Shown: piece after piece, positions 7,590-15,228 of the stretch
Numbering within the stretch: position 1 is the first letter of the stretch
How the letters are laid out: each line of letters starts with the position of its first letter
Virus record (IMG/VR): IMGVR_UViG_3300029107_000044
Location: 1-18,194 of that record
Reading direction: 5' to 3' (one strand)
Length of the DNA stretch: 18,194 nucleotides
Source: a virus
Lineage: Duplodnaviria; Heunggongvirae; Uroviricota; Caudoviricetes
Notes under the pieces: generated by a model
Database searches by the model: none
What the model saw: the letters and a program-made list of their open reading frames with translations, nothing else
Told to the model about the DNA's origin: nothing
Translations under genes and position numbers: made by a program

Positions 7590-8535
7590 ACGCCCACTGG
7601 TTATAAACACGCAGCTGGCAATGAAAATTGGCTTAAACGAAGCCATTGTTTTGCAACAACTGCACTACTGGTTGAGAGATACCAACTCCGGCATGGAATG
7701 TGATGGTGTTCGCTGGATTTATAACACAACGGAACAATGGCTGGAACAGTTCCCATTCTGGTCAGAGTCAACGTTAAAGCGCGCGTTTGCAAGTCTGAAA
7801 ACGCTGGGGCTTTTGCGTTGTGAAAAGCTCAATAAATCAAAGCGCGATATGACCAATTTCTACACGATCAACTATGGGAGCGAGCTTTTAGATGGTGGCA
7901 AATTGAGCGAATCCATCGGTTCAAAATGCGCCGCTCCATCAGGTCAAAATGACACGATGGAAGAGGTCAAAATGAAACGCTCCATTGATTCAAAACGACC
8001 CAATGTCATCGGGTCAAAATGGCCTGATGATCTTACAGAGAATACAACAGAGATTACTACAGAGAATAAAAACACTTTTCGTCCGGAAGCTTCGCAACCG
8101 GACCCGCAGACGACTGAACAGGATTTTTTAACCCGGAACTCCGACGCGGTTGTGTTTAGTGCGAAAAAACGCCAGTGGGGTAGCAGGGAGGATTTGGCGT
8201 GTGCGCAGTGGATCTGGGGGCGGATCGTGGGTCTCTACGAACAGGCAGCCAGTGATGATGGCGAGATCATGCGACCAAAAGAGCCTAACTGGACTGCCTG
8301 GGCCAATGACGTGCGCACAATGCGGATGCTGGATGGCAGAAGCCACAGACAAATTTGCGAAATGTTTGGTCGGGTTCAGCGAGATCCATTCTGGGTAAAA
8401 AACATCATGAGCCCGTCAAAGCTCCGCGAAAAATGGGACGAACTGGTCATCCGCCTGGGACGTTCACCTGTACAGCGTTGTGTTAATCATATTTCTGAAC
8501 CGGATACAGAAATTCCGCCTGGTTTCAGAGGATAA
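7570..8535 (+). CDS. phage replication initiation protein (O-like replisome organiser with DnaT-like C-terminal domain)
   Basis: ATG 7570 is preceded by an RBS; the track ORF starts in-frame at 7516 inside the upstream gene. N-terminal HTH-like region, central repeat-containing linker that carries iterons in the DNA, C-terminal DnaT-like region (judged by eye). Confidence 0.7.
   Translation: MSLLFAERPLVINTQLAMKIGLNEAIVLQQLHYWLRDTNSGMECDGVRWIYNTTEQWLEQFPFWSESTLKRAFASLKTLGLLRCEKLNKSKRDMTNFYTINYGSELLDGGKLSESIGSKCAAPSGQNDTMEEVKMKRSIDSKRPNVIGSKWPDDLTENTTEITTENKNTFRPEASQPDPQTTEQDFLTRNSDAVVFSAKKRQWGSREDLACAQWIWGRIVGLYEQAASDDGEIMRPKEPNWTAWANDVRTMRMLDGRSHRQICEMFGRVQRDPFWVKNIMSPSKLREKWDELVIRLGRSPVQRCVNHISEPDTEIPPGFRG
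7918..8021 (+). repeat. putative replication origin: five direct iterons (GGTCAAAATG core) at ~23-bp spacing inside the initiator gene
   Basis: Repeats at 7918, 7941, 7964, 7988 (degenerate) and 8011, followed by an A-rich stretch at 8022-8090. Layout is analogous to lambda ori within gene O. Confidence 0.6.
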
Positions 8536-8575
8536 GTGTTGATTTCAGGTCATGAGGTAATTTTAAGGGGGACTT

Positions 8576-8998
8576 GTGGCAAAAGTTTTTACACAAGAAG
8601 AGCGGGAAAAAATTAAATGGCAGGTGGTGGAACTCGTGCGCCAGAGCGGCCGTGAGACGTTACGGCAACTGGAAGCTAAAACAGGTGCGACTAGATATCT
8701 GATGAGCGTTCTTGCCAGAGAGCTGGTAGCCAGTGGCGATGTATACAACTCCGGCTACGGGTTATTCCCCTCTGAACAGGCGCGTAAGGACTGGCAAAAC
8801 GCCCGCAAAAAACTCTCGAGGGCAAAGGTGAAGAAACCTGCTGTGGTTGATCCGGACCTTATCTGGTCATCACCTGACGGAGAAATACGTCGCTACGACA
8901 GTCGCCTAAACATAATCTGTCGCGAGTGCCGGAAGAGCGAAGTTATGCAGCGCATACTGGCTTTCTATCAGGGTAATTTTCAGGACGTGGCGCAGTGA
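8576..8998 (+). CDS. hypothetical protein, translationally coupled to the downstream methyltransferase ORF
   Basis: 140-aa ORF with GTG start and an AAGGGGG RBS 6 nt upstream. Its stop overlaps the next start in GTGA (8995-8998). No recognised family. Confidence 0.5.
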   Translation: MAKVFTQEEREKIKWQVVELVRQSGRETLRQLEAKTGATRYLMSVLARELVASGDVYNSGYGLFPSEQARKDWQNARKKLSRAKVKKPAVVDPDLIWSSPDGEIRRYDSRLNIICRECRKSEVMQRILAFYQGNFQDVAQ

Positions 8999-9351
8999 GT
9001 GCACCGGCAACCATTCTTGATATGTGCTGTGGCAGCCGCATGTTCTGGTTCGATAAGTCTGACGAACGGGCGATATTTAGCGATATCAGAAAAGAAGGAT
9101 ACACATTACGCAATGGGAGACGCTTGATTATCAGCCCTGACATTATCGCAGATTTTCGTGCATTATCATTTGCAGACGCATCTTTTTCGATGGTTGTATT
9201 AGACCCTCCGCATCTTGAGCGTGTTGGTGATAACGCCTGGATGGGAAAGAAATATGGACGGCTGAATAAAGATGCCTGGCGTGATGATTTGCGACAGAGA
9301 TTTAAAGAAGCTTTTCGGGTGTTGAGGCCGCACGGCGTTCTGATTTTTTAA
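8995..9351 (+). CDS. DNA methyltransferase, truncated (N6-adenine/N4-cytosine type; AdoMet motif I and DPPH catalytic motif present, target-recognition region absent)
   Basis: 118-aa ORF with motif I-like ILDMCCGSRMF, an acidic residue after the next strand (IFSDIR) and motif IV VVLDPPHL. It ends at a TAA after ...RPHGVLIF; the same frame continues past the stop (WNETQIPVSQILALTDRKPV...) and about 1 kb downstream has no long ORF. Confidence 0.5.
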   Translation: MSAPATILDMCCGSRMFWFDKSDERAIFSDIRKEGYTLRNGRRLIISPDIIADFRALSFADASFSMVVLDPPHLERVGDNAWMGKKYGRLNKDAWRDDLRQRFKEAFRVLRPHGVLIF

Positions 9352-9961
9352 TGGAATGAAACGCAAATACCGGTAAGCCAGATTCTGGCACTGACAGATA
9401 GAAAGCCTGTTATCTGTCAACGAACAGGGAAAAAACGATAAAACCCACTGGATTATTTTTATGAAAGAGGCATCCAGTGAGTAGATTCGTAAGGTTACAG
9501 ATACGTATATCTGAATAATTAAATTCAGTTCTGTAAATAAAACTTAATCCTTAACCGGATGGATTTCTGCACCCTCAGAACATCAGGAGGCCGCCCGAAA
9601 GGGCGGTAGTGAAATGCGAAAGTTCAAAATTATTATTGAAACGGGAATAGCTGGTGGAGATTTTGAGGATGTATTCGAAGTGGACGATGACGCAACACCT
9701 GATGAAATTCATGACGGAGCATAAGAAATTTTCTTTAACTACTGCAATTACTCATACCACGAAATAAAAGACGATGAGGAAGAACAAAGTGGCTGATTTT
9801 TGTTCAGCTAAATATAACATCAGTTTTGAAGAGCGGGATGAACTATTAATGGACTATGGTGAGTTACGCGGTGGAAGTGCTGCTGATGTCGAATCCTAGC
9901 GTGATGACTATGAAGCGGGAAAAACTCCGGTCGAAGCATATTGTGATGAGTGGGGCGATGA

Positions 9962-10249
9962 ATGAGCGAGATTAATTATCAGGAAGGGCATGAAACGGCG
10001 GGGCAAGCAAAACCAGTGACATGGCGATATCGCTACGTGAAAAAAGGCGTTACGGACTTTCAGGGGAAGTAGTGGTCTGGTGACTGGAAATATGTACCGA
10101 AAAAAGAGGATTGTAACGACAGGCCGAACTATCAAATTCAGGCCTTATTCACTGCCTCACCAGTCCCGGTTACATCAGAAGAATTGGTTAAAGCTGTGCA
10201 CTTTTATGAACAACTAAAACGCGAAAATCCACCAACATCCGGCAACTAG
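9962..10249 (+). pseudogene. possible nonsense-disrupted ORF (96 codons with one in-frame amber at 10070-10072)
   Basis: Hand translation: MSEINYQEGHETAGQAKPVTWRYRYVKKGVTDFQGK, then TAG, then WSGDWKYVPKKEDCNDRPNYQIQALFTASPVPVTSEELVKAVHFYEQLKRENPPTSGN. Could be coincidental. Confidence 0.3.
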
Positions 10250-10503
10250 ATTAATGGGTTAACTATGTCGGTTAAACGACCAGCCAACTGAAAAAGCGGA
10301 AACCTGATTACAGGTTGCCAGATAAGGCAATGAGCTACCTGGCGCGGAACGGACTGATAAGTATGGGGAATGTTTTACGATGAACCTTTAGACTAAAGAG
10401 TTTGTAACGCTATGTAAGTGATTTTTTCTGGTTTAGATATTTATATGTCCGGCCAAATTGAGGTGTGTTTAAATGTAATTGCACATTGATTGTAGGAGGA
10501 ATA

Positions 10504-10683
10504 ATGAAAAACGCATTGCAGTTTTTGTTTGTTGCGTTCTGGTTGTTCGCATCATGTATGCCCATCATCTTCACAGCAAGGTATATGGAAAAAGTTGATG
10601 TTTTGATATTAATATTTGGATATATAAATGCCCTTTTTTTAGGGGTGTTCATGGCGGTCATGTGCATTGAATACTGGCGGTAA
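10504..10683 (+). CDS. small hydrophobic membrane protein (59 aa, about two transmembrane helices) in an AT-rich island
   Basis: Strong RBS (AGGAGGAATA) before ATG 10504; the track ORF starts upstream at 10465. Sequence MKNALQFLFVAFWLFASCMPIIFTARYMEKVDVLILIFGYINALFLGVFMAVMCIEYWR. Confidence 0.45.
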   Translation: MKNALQFLFVAFWLFASCMPIIFTARYMEKVDVLILIFGYINALFLGVFMAVMCIEYWR

Positions 10684-11017
10684 ATACAGCGAACTCCATT
10701 GGTTTAGTTGGATATTTACTGTGCTGGACAAAAACGGTTTGCGGGGAAATCTTAGTTAAGTAGAATGACTGCGGGTGCTTGAGGCTATCTGCCTCGGGCA
10801 CGAACACCAACGGCAGGTAGAGAAAAGCCCCAGTTAACATTACGCGTCCTGCAAGACGCTTAACATTAATCTGAGGCCAATTTCATGCCAGACACATGTA
10901 GGTTAGCCTCTTACGTGCCGAAAGGCAAGGAGAAGCAGGCTATTGTTAACACCAAGCTGTAATGTCCCCTTTGAACCATTCTAAAATGTCCCCAGACAAT
11001 TCTCTGGGGGATTTTTC

Positions 11018-11389
11018 ATGACCAAAGAAACTGTTACGATGAGTCATAAGGAACTCCACCGACTTCAGATTATTCAGGAGTCAATTAATCGACATATTAC
11101 TCAGGAACAAGCTGCGGCACGCATTGGCATTTCTATTCGGCAGGTTAAACGTCTGGTGCAACGGTATAGAAATGAAGGGCCTTCTGGTCTGGTTTCCCAC
11201 CGACGTGGAAAGCGTCCTAATAATTCCTTTTCTACTGAATTCAGAGCAACAGTAATTTTACTCCTCAAAGGCCGTTACGCTGATTTTGGACCTACGTTTG
11301 CGTGCGAAAAATTGCGCGAGATACACGGTTTATCTTTATCCGTTGAAACTCTCAGAAAGTGGATGATAGAAGAGGGGGGTATGGCGTGA
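11018..11389 (+). CDS. transposase N-terminal part (HTH domain; orfA or upstream fragment of a frameshifted gene)
   Basis: 123-aa ORF with a helix-turn-helix (ITQEQAAARIGISIRQVKRLVQRY). It ends just after a G6 homopolymer (GAGGGGGGT); the +1 frame continues in-frame into the downstream ORF (..GVWRERRRKIARIYQRRMRRPSYGELIQ..). Confidence 0.7.
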   Translation: MTKETVTMSHKELHRLQIIQESINRHITQEQAAARIGISIRQVKRLVQRYRNEGPSGLVSHRRGKRPNNSFSTEFRATVILLLKGRYADFGPTFACEKLREIHGLSLSVETLRKWMIEEGGMA

Positions 11390-11426
11390 ACGCCGTCGTA
11401 AAATTGCCCGTATATATCAACGCCGC

Positions 11427-12359
11427 ATGCGACGACCATCTTACGGTGAACTGATCCAGATTGATGGCTCACCTCATGACTGGTTTGAAAATCGAGGCCC
11501 CAGATGTACACTGATCGTTTTCATTGATGATGCCACCAGTGCGTTGATGGCGTTGCGTTTTGTGCCTGCTGAAACAACCCGGGCTTACATGGAAACCCTC
11601 CGGGGTTACCTTAATGATCATGGCGTACCGCTCGCTCTCTACTCTGATAGACACAGTATATTCAGGGTAAATAACCCAGAGCGGGAAGGTGAGCTGACCC
11701 AGTTCACTCGTGCGATAAAGACACTGGGCATCGAGCCAATCCATGCCAACAGCCCGCAGGCAAAAGGGCGGGTAGAGCGCGCCAATCAGACACTACAGGA
11801 CAGGCTGGTCAAAGAAATGCGGCTTCAGAATATCAGTGATATTGAAACAGCAAATGCATGGTTGCCGACCTTTATTGAAGCCTATAACAACCGGTTCGCT
11901 ACGTCGCCTCGTACTACTGATAATGCTCATCTTGATGTGCACCATTCTGAAGAGGAACTGGGTTATATCTTCAGCCTACAGGCGAAGCGCGTTCTGTCTA
12001 AAAATCTCACTTTCCAGTACAAAAGCAGTGCGTTTCAGGTACGCAGTGAGGGCCGGGGATATCGACTTAGGCATTCGGTTGTTACTGTATGCGAGAACTT
12101 TGACGGTGAAATTAACGTTCTGTATGACGGGAAAGCGCTGGGCTGGGAAAAGTATGTTGATGGCCCGGAGCCTATACCACTGGATGATGAAAAGAGTGTC
12201 CATGAACGAGTGGATAATGCCCGTATTGATTTACGCTCAAAATACTATGTTAAACCTAAAGCTGACCATCCCTGGCTTACGCGCCGAACGCAAAGTCATC
12301 AGCAAGTTAAGCCCCCGAAGTTACCTAAAAAGAAGCCTGATCCCGATAAAAAAGATTGA
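11427..12359 (+). CDS. transposase C-terminal part (DDE integrase-core / rve domain)
   Basis: 310-aa ORF with rve-type motifs (IQIDGSPHDW, LYSDRHSIF, KGRVERANQTLQDRL) and a lysine-rich C-terminus. Confidence 0.75.
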   Translation: MRRPSYGELIQIDGSPHDWFENRGPRCTLIVFIDDATSALMALRFVPAETTRAYMETLRGYLNDHGVPLALYSDRHSIFRVNNPEREGELTQFTRAIKTLGIEPIHANSPQAKGRVERANQTLQDRLVKEMRLQNISDIETANAWLPTFIEAYNNRFATSPRTTDNAHLDVHHSEEELGYIFSLQAKRVLSKNLTFQYKSSAFQVRSEGRGYRLRHSVVTVCENFDGEINVLYDGKALGWEKYVDGPEPIPLDDEKSVHERVDNARIDLRSKYYVKPKADHPWLTRRTQSHQQVKPPKLPKKKPDPDKKD

Positions 12360-12754
12360 AACCAAGATCGATTCGGTTGAGTGCATATCCATTCATAGGG
12401 TAGATTCTTAAGTCGCGTTTCTGGTGTTCATTTTCGGGTGGTTTGTTACTTGTTTTACCGGGGATATGCCAGAAACGCGCTGAGTCAGTCTGGGCGGTGC
12501 GCGTAATGAGGCGTTATGGTAAATAGCCTATGCTAATGTCCGCTAAGAGCAAGAAGCGGAAGTTGGCAGTTTTGTGGACTGTCCCCACAAAAGTGACTAC
12601 AGAAATAGTTGCAATTCATAATTGATCATGGGTTGTCAGTTAAACTCGTGGCGATTTAAATAGACTAATTGGGAGTGCGTCCATTACTTATATCTTGTAA
12701 TGTTAACTATCAGAAATGATACAAAGATAATATGTCTTTAAAGAAAAGGCTGAT

Positions 12755-12781
12755 GGCGAAAAGTGGCCCGATGAGGGCCAC
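12755..12781 (-). terminator. intrinsic terminator downstream of flxA
   Basis: Minus-strand hairpin GTGGCCC-TCATC-GGGCCAC followed by TTTTCGCC, 15 nt after the flxA stop. Confidence 0.55.
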
Positions 12782-12795
12782 AATACGGCTGTCAC

Positions 12796-13128
12796 TTAGA
12801 CGTAAATATCAATGGTGCCAGCGGTATTTGTATCGTCTTTTTTCTCTTCTTTTTTATCAGGCTGAACTGTCGCGTCTTTATTCTTTTTCTCTGCCTGCTG
12901 CCTTAACAACTGCTCCAGTTGAGCCCTGAGGCTTTCAATTTGCTTCTGTACCAATGCAGCCATTTCTTTTTTCTGCTGTGTCGTCATCCCCTCTTCCGAT
13001 GAGATTTTCCCAAGCTTTTCAGTCAGCACCTGAATTTGTCTTGTGATTTTGGCTATTTCTGATGTTCCTTCCGGGGCGGAGTTGTTTGAAATAACGGTTG
13101 AGGTATTTCCCTGAATTGTGACAGACAT
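12796..13128 (-). CDS. flxA: FlxA-like protein (sigma-28-dependent prophage gene)
   Basis: 110-aa ORF (MSVTIQGNTSTV...), matching the length of K-12 Qin FlxA, with a near-consensus FliA promoter immediately upstream. Confidence 0.8.
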   Translation of the reverse strand: MSVTIQGNTSTVISNNSAPEGTSEIAKITRQIQVLTEKLGKISSEEGMTTQQKKEMAALVQKQIESLRAQLEQLLRQQAEKKNKDATVQPDKKEEKKDDTNTAGTIDIYV

Positions 13129-13151
13129 AGATTTCTCCTTTTAAAAAAGCA

Positions 13152-13178
13152 CTATCGGCATGCACAAAAAAATCTTTA
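13152..13178 (-). promoter_or_regulatory. sigma-28 (FliA) class-3 flagellar promoter for flxA
   Basis: Minus strand reads TAAAGATT-N11-GCCGATAG, against the consensus TAAAGTTT-N11-GCCGATAA, placed upstream of the flxA RBS (AAAAGGAG). Confidence 0.75.
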
Positions 13179-13330
13179 ATCGTATTTCTTGTGTCATTAA
13201 TTGTTTGATGTTCAGATTGTTTTCCTCGCGGGCTGGCGCGCCTCAGAAAGTAAAGCTTGTTGACAGGGGTAAACGTTCGGCAATAATTTTCTGCCGCATG
13301 CGGGTGTTGCATAAAACGTGCTACGTTCCT

Positions 13331-13636
13331 TTATCGACAGGTCAGGTCACCGCTCACCCGCCGACGAGAAAGCAACACTGACATGCTAAAGCAAAAAATA
13401 GATGAATAAGTTGAGTTGTGCATATGTAGCCTGACCGTCACAAAGTATATGGTGTCTGTACCAGTAAGATGATGGCCGGACTCTTTAAAAACGAGCTGAC
13501 CTGCACAATACAGGATGGACTTAGCAATGGCTGCTCCTGGCACAAAGCGGACAGTGATCACCGTTCTTACGACTACTTTCTGACTTCCTTCGTGACTTGC
13601 CCTAAGCATGTTGTAGTGCGATACTTGTAATGACAT
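13331..13636 (-). CDS. hypothetical protein (ydfV-like by position and length); possibly not a real gene
   Basis: 101-aa ORF between flxA and relB, the same size and position as K-12 ydfV. It overlaps the relBE promoter region and has unusual composition. Confidence 0.3.
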   Translation of the reverse strand: MSLQVSHYNMLRASHEGSQKVVVRTVITVRFVPGAAIAKSILYCAGQLVFKESGHHLTGTDTIYFVTVRLHMHNSTYSSIFCFSMSVLLSRRRVSGDLTCR

Positions 13637-13649
13637 TTGTAATTACAAG
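13624..13649 (+). promoter_or_regulatory. relBE operator/promoter region (inverted repeat CTTGTAAT-N10-ATTACAAG)
   Basis: Palindromic element 11 nt upstream of the relB start codon, consistent with RelB/RelE autoregulation sites. Confidence 0.55.
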
Positions 13650-13660
13650 AGGTGTAAGAC

Positions 13661-13900
13661 ATGGGTAGCATTAACCTGCGTATTGACGATGAACTTAAAG
13701 CGCGTTCTTACGCCGCGCTTGAAAAAATGGGTGTAACTCCTTCTGAAGCGCTTCGTCTCATGCTCGAGTATATCGCTGACAATGAACGCTTGCCGTTCAA
13801 ACAGACACTCCTGAGTGATGAAGATGCTGAACTTGTGGAGATAGTGAAAGAACGGCTTCGTAATCCTAAGCCAGTACGTGTGACGCTGGATGAACTCTGA
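13661..13900 (+). CDS. relB: RelB antitoxin
   Basis: 79-aa ORF MGSINLRIDDELKARSYA...RNPKPVRVTLDEL, near-identical to K-12 RelB as I recall it; overlaps the relE start. Confidence 0.92.
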   Translation: MGSINLRIDDELKARSYAALEKMGVTPSEALRLMLEYIADNERLPFKQTLLSDEDAELVEIVKERLRNPKPVRVTLDEL

Positions 13901-14187
13901 TGGCGTATTTTCTGGATTTTGACGAGCGGGCACTAAAGGAATGGCGAAAGCTGGGCTCGACGGTACGTGAACAGTTGAAAAAGAAGCTGGTTGAAGTACT
14001 TGAGTCACCCCGGATTGAAGCAAACAAGCTCCGTGGTATGCCTGATTGTTACAAGATTAAGCTCCGGTCTTCAGGCTATCGCCTTGTATACCAGGTTATA
14101 GACGAGAAAGTTGTCGTTTTCGTGATTTCTGTTGGGAAAAGAGAACGCTCGGAAGTATATAGCGAGGCGGTCAAACGCATTCTCTGA
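13900..14187 (+). CDS. relE: RelE mRNA-interferase toxin
   Basis: 95-aa ORF MAYFLDFDERALKEWRKLG...VISVGKRERSEVYSEAVKRIL, matching K-12 RelE as I recall it. Confidence 0.92.
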   Translation: MAYFLDFDERALKEWRKLGSTVREQLKKKLVEVLESPRIEANKLRGMPDCYKIKLRSSGYRLVYQVIDEKVVVFVISVGKRERSEVYSEAVKRIL

Positions 14188-14258
14188 ACCAAAGCATGAC
14201 ATCTCTGTTTCGCACCGAAGGTGACACTTCTGCTTTGCGTTGACAGGAGAAGCAGGCT

Positions 14259-14414
14259 ATGAAGCAGCAAAAGGCGATGTTAATCGCCCTGATCGTCATC
14301 TGTTTAACCGTCATAGTGACGGCACTGGTAACGAGGAAAGACCTCTGCGAGGTACGAATCAGAACCGGCCAGACGGAGGTCGCTGTCTTCACAGCTTACG
14401 AACCTGAGGAGTAA
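14259..14414 (+). CDS. hokD: HokD (RelF) Hok-family membrane toxin
   Basis: Hand-translated 51-aa ORF MKQQKAMLIALIVICLTVIVTALVTRKDLCEVRIRTGQTEVAVFTAYEPEE, a typical Hok sequence, with RBS AGGAGAAGCAGG upstream. Below the ORF-track size cutoff. Confidence 0.85.
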   Translation: MKQQKAMLIALIVICLTVIVTALVTRKDLCEVRIRTGQTEVAVFTAYEPEE

Positions 14415-14482
14415 GAGACCCGGCGGGGGAGAAATCCCTCGCCACCTCTGATGTGGCAGGCATCCTCAACGCACCCGCACTT

Positions 14483-14510
14483 AACCCGCTTCGGCGGGTT
14501 TTTGTTTTTA
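14483..14510 (+). terminator. intrinsic terminator after relBE-hokD
   Basis: CCCGC-TTCG-GCGGG hairpin followed by TTTTTGTTTTTATTTT. Confidence 0.7.
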
Positions 14511-14630
14511 TTTTCAACGCGTTTGAAGTTCTGGACGGTGCCGGAATAGAATCAAAAATACTTAAGTAGCGCGCAGGGATAAGAGGGATGGTCCCTTAAA
14601 GGGGAGAGCTAATTATCCGGAAGGATTCTG

Positions 14631-14882
14631 ATGATGAACATCGAAGAACTGCGTAAAATTTTTTGTGAAGATGGCCTCTATGCTGTGTGCGTTGAAAATG
14701 GAAATCTTGTTAGTCATTACCGCATTATGTGTTTGCGAAAGAATGGGGCTGCGTTAATTAATTTTGTGGATGCTCGGGTCACGGACGGATTTATCTTGCG
14801 CGAAGGTGAGTTTGTCACTTCATTACAGGCATTGAAAGAGATCGGAATAAAAGCTGGCTTTTCTGCTTTTTCAGGAGAATAA
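14631..14882 (+). CDS. rem: Rem-like prophage protein (function unknown)
   Basis: 83-aa ORF downstream of hokD, matching K-12 Qin rem in length and position. Confidence 0.55.
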   Translation: MMNIEELRKIFCEDGLYAVCVENGNLVSHYRIMCLRKNGAALINFVDARVTDGFILREGEFVTSLQALKEIGIKAGFSAFSGE

Positions 14883-14948
14883 ACTCATCTACAATCTTGC
14901 GCGGGGCTGAACTCCCGCTGAGTAACACCGTGCCACCGGAGAAAACCG

Positions 14949-15227
14949 ATGGCACGCAACGCAAAATATTACAATTCTGATAATTCGCCCGTTCTTGCCT
15001 GCACGCACGGGCGGTATTCTCACGCATTCAAGTCTGAATGGTTCCAGCACCCTCCATGCACTGCAGAACAGGCCGAATGGCTGATTCATTCTTACCGCAG
15101 GCGCGGGTTCGAGGTTAAGAAAGCTCTCAGTCTCGACTATCGGCACTGGATAATCTCTGTCAGGCTGCCTTATTCCGAACGCCCACCACGTGCGTCCCGC
15201 ACTTTCCAGCAACGGATCTGGAGGTAA
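14949..15227 (+). CDS. hypothetical protein
   Basis: 92-aa ORF whose stop lies 1 nt before the ydfU GTG start; its last codons overlap the ydfU RBS (GGAGGT). No recognised family. Confidence 0.4.
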   Translation: MARNAKYYNSDNSPVLACTHGRYSHAFKSEWFQHPPCTAEQAEWLIHSYRRRGFEVKKALSLDYRHWIISVRLPYSERPPRASRTFQQRIWR

Positions 15228-15228
15228 C

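Larger units (their letters stand above)
10962..12420 (+). mobile_element. insertion sequence with an HTH + DDE (rve-type) transposase, probably IS481-like or ISNCY-like; ends not precisely defined
   Basis: Transposase coding region 11018-12359 sits between the AT-rich membrane-protein island and the flxA tail, where a Qin-type prophage would not have it. Terminal inverted repeats could not be assigned, so boundaries are approximate. Confidence 0.5.

Noticed and set aside
11836-12411. 191-aa plus-strand ORF and 75-aa and 91-aa minus-strand ORFs within the transposase region
   Set aside because: They are alternative-frame or antisense ORFs inside a gene with clear DDE/rve motifs.
10832-12708. 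12-bp inverted-repeat pair (AGTTAACATTAC and its complement) as candidate IS termini
   Set aside because: The match is short, partly built on a palindromic GTTAAC core, has no flanking target-site duplication and lies unusually far from the transposase ORFs; probably chance. Mentioned only as a possibility.
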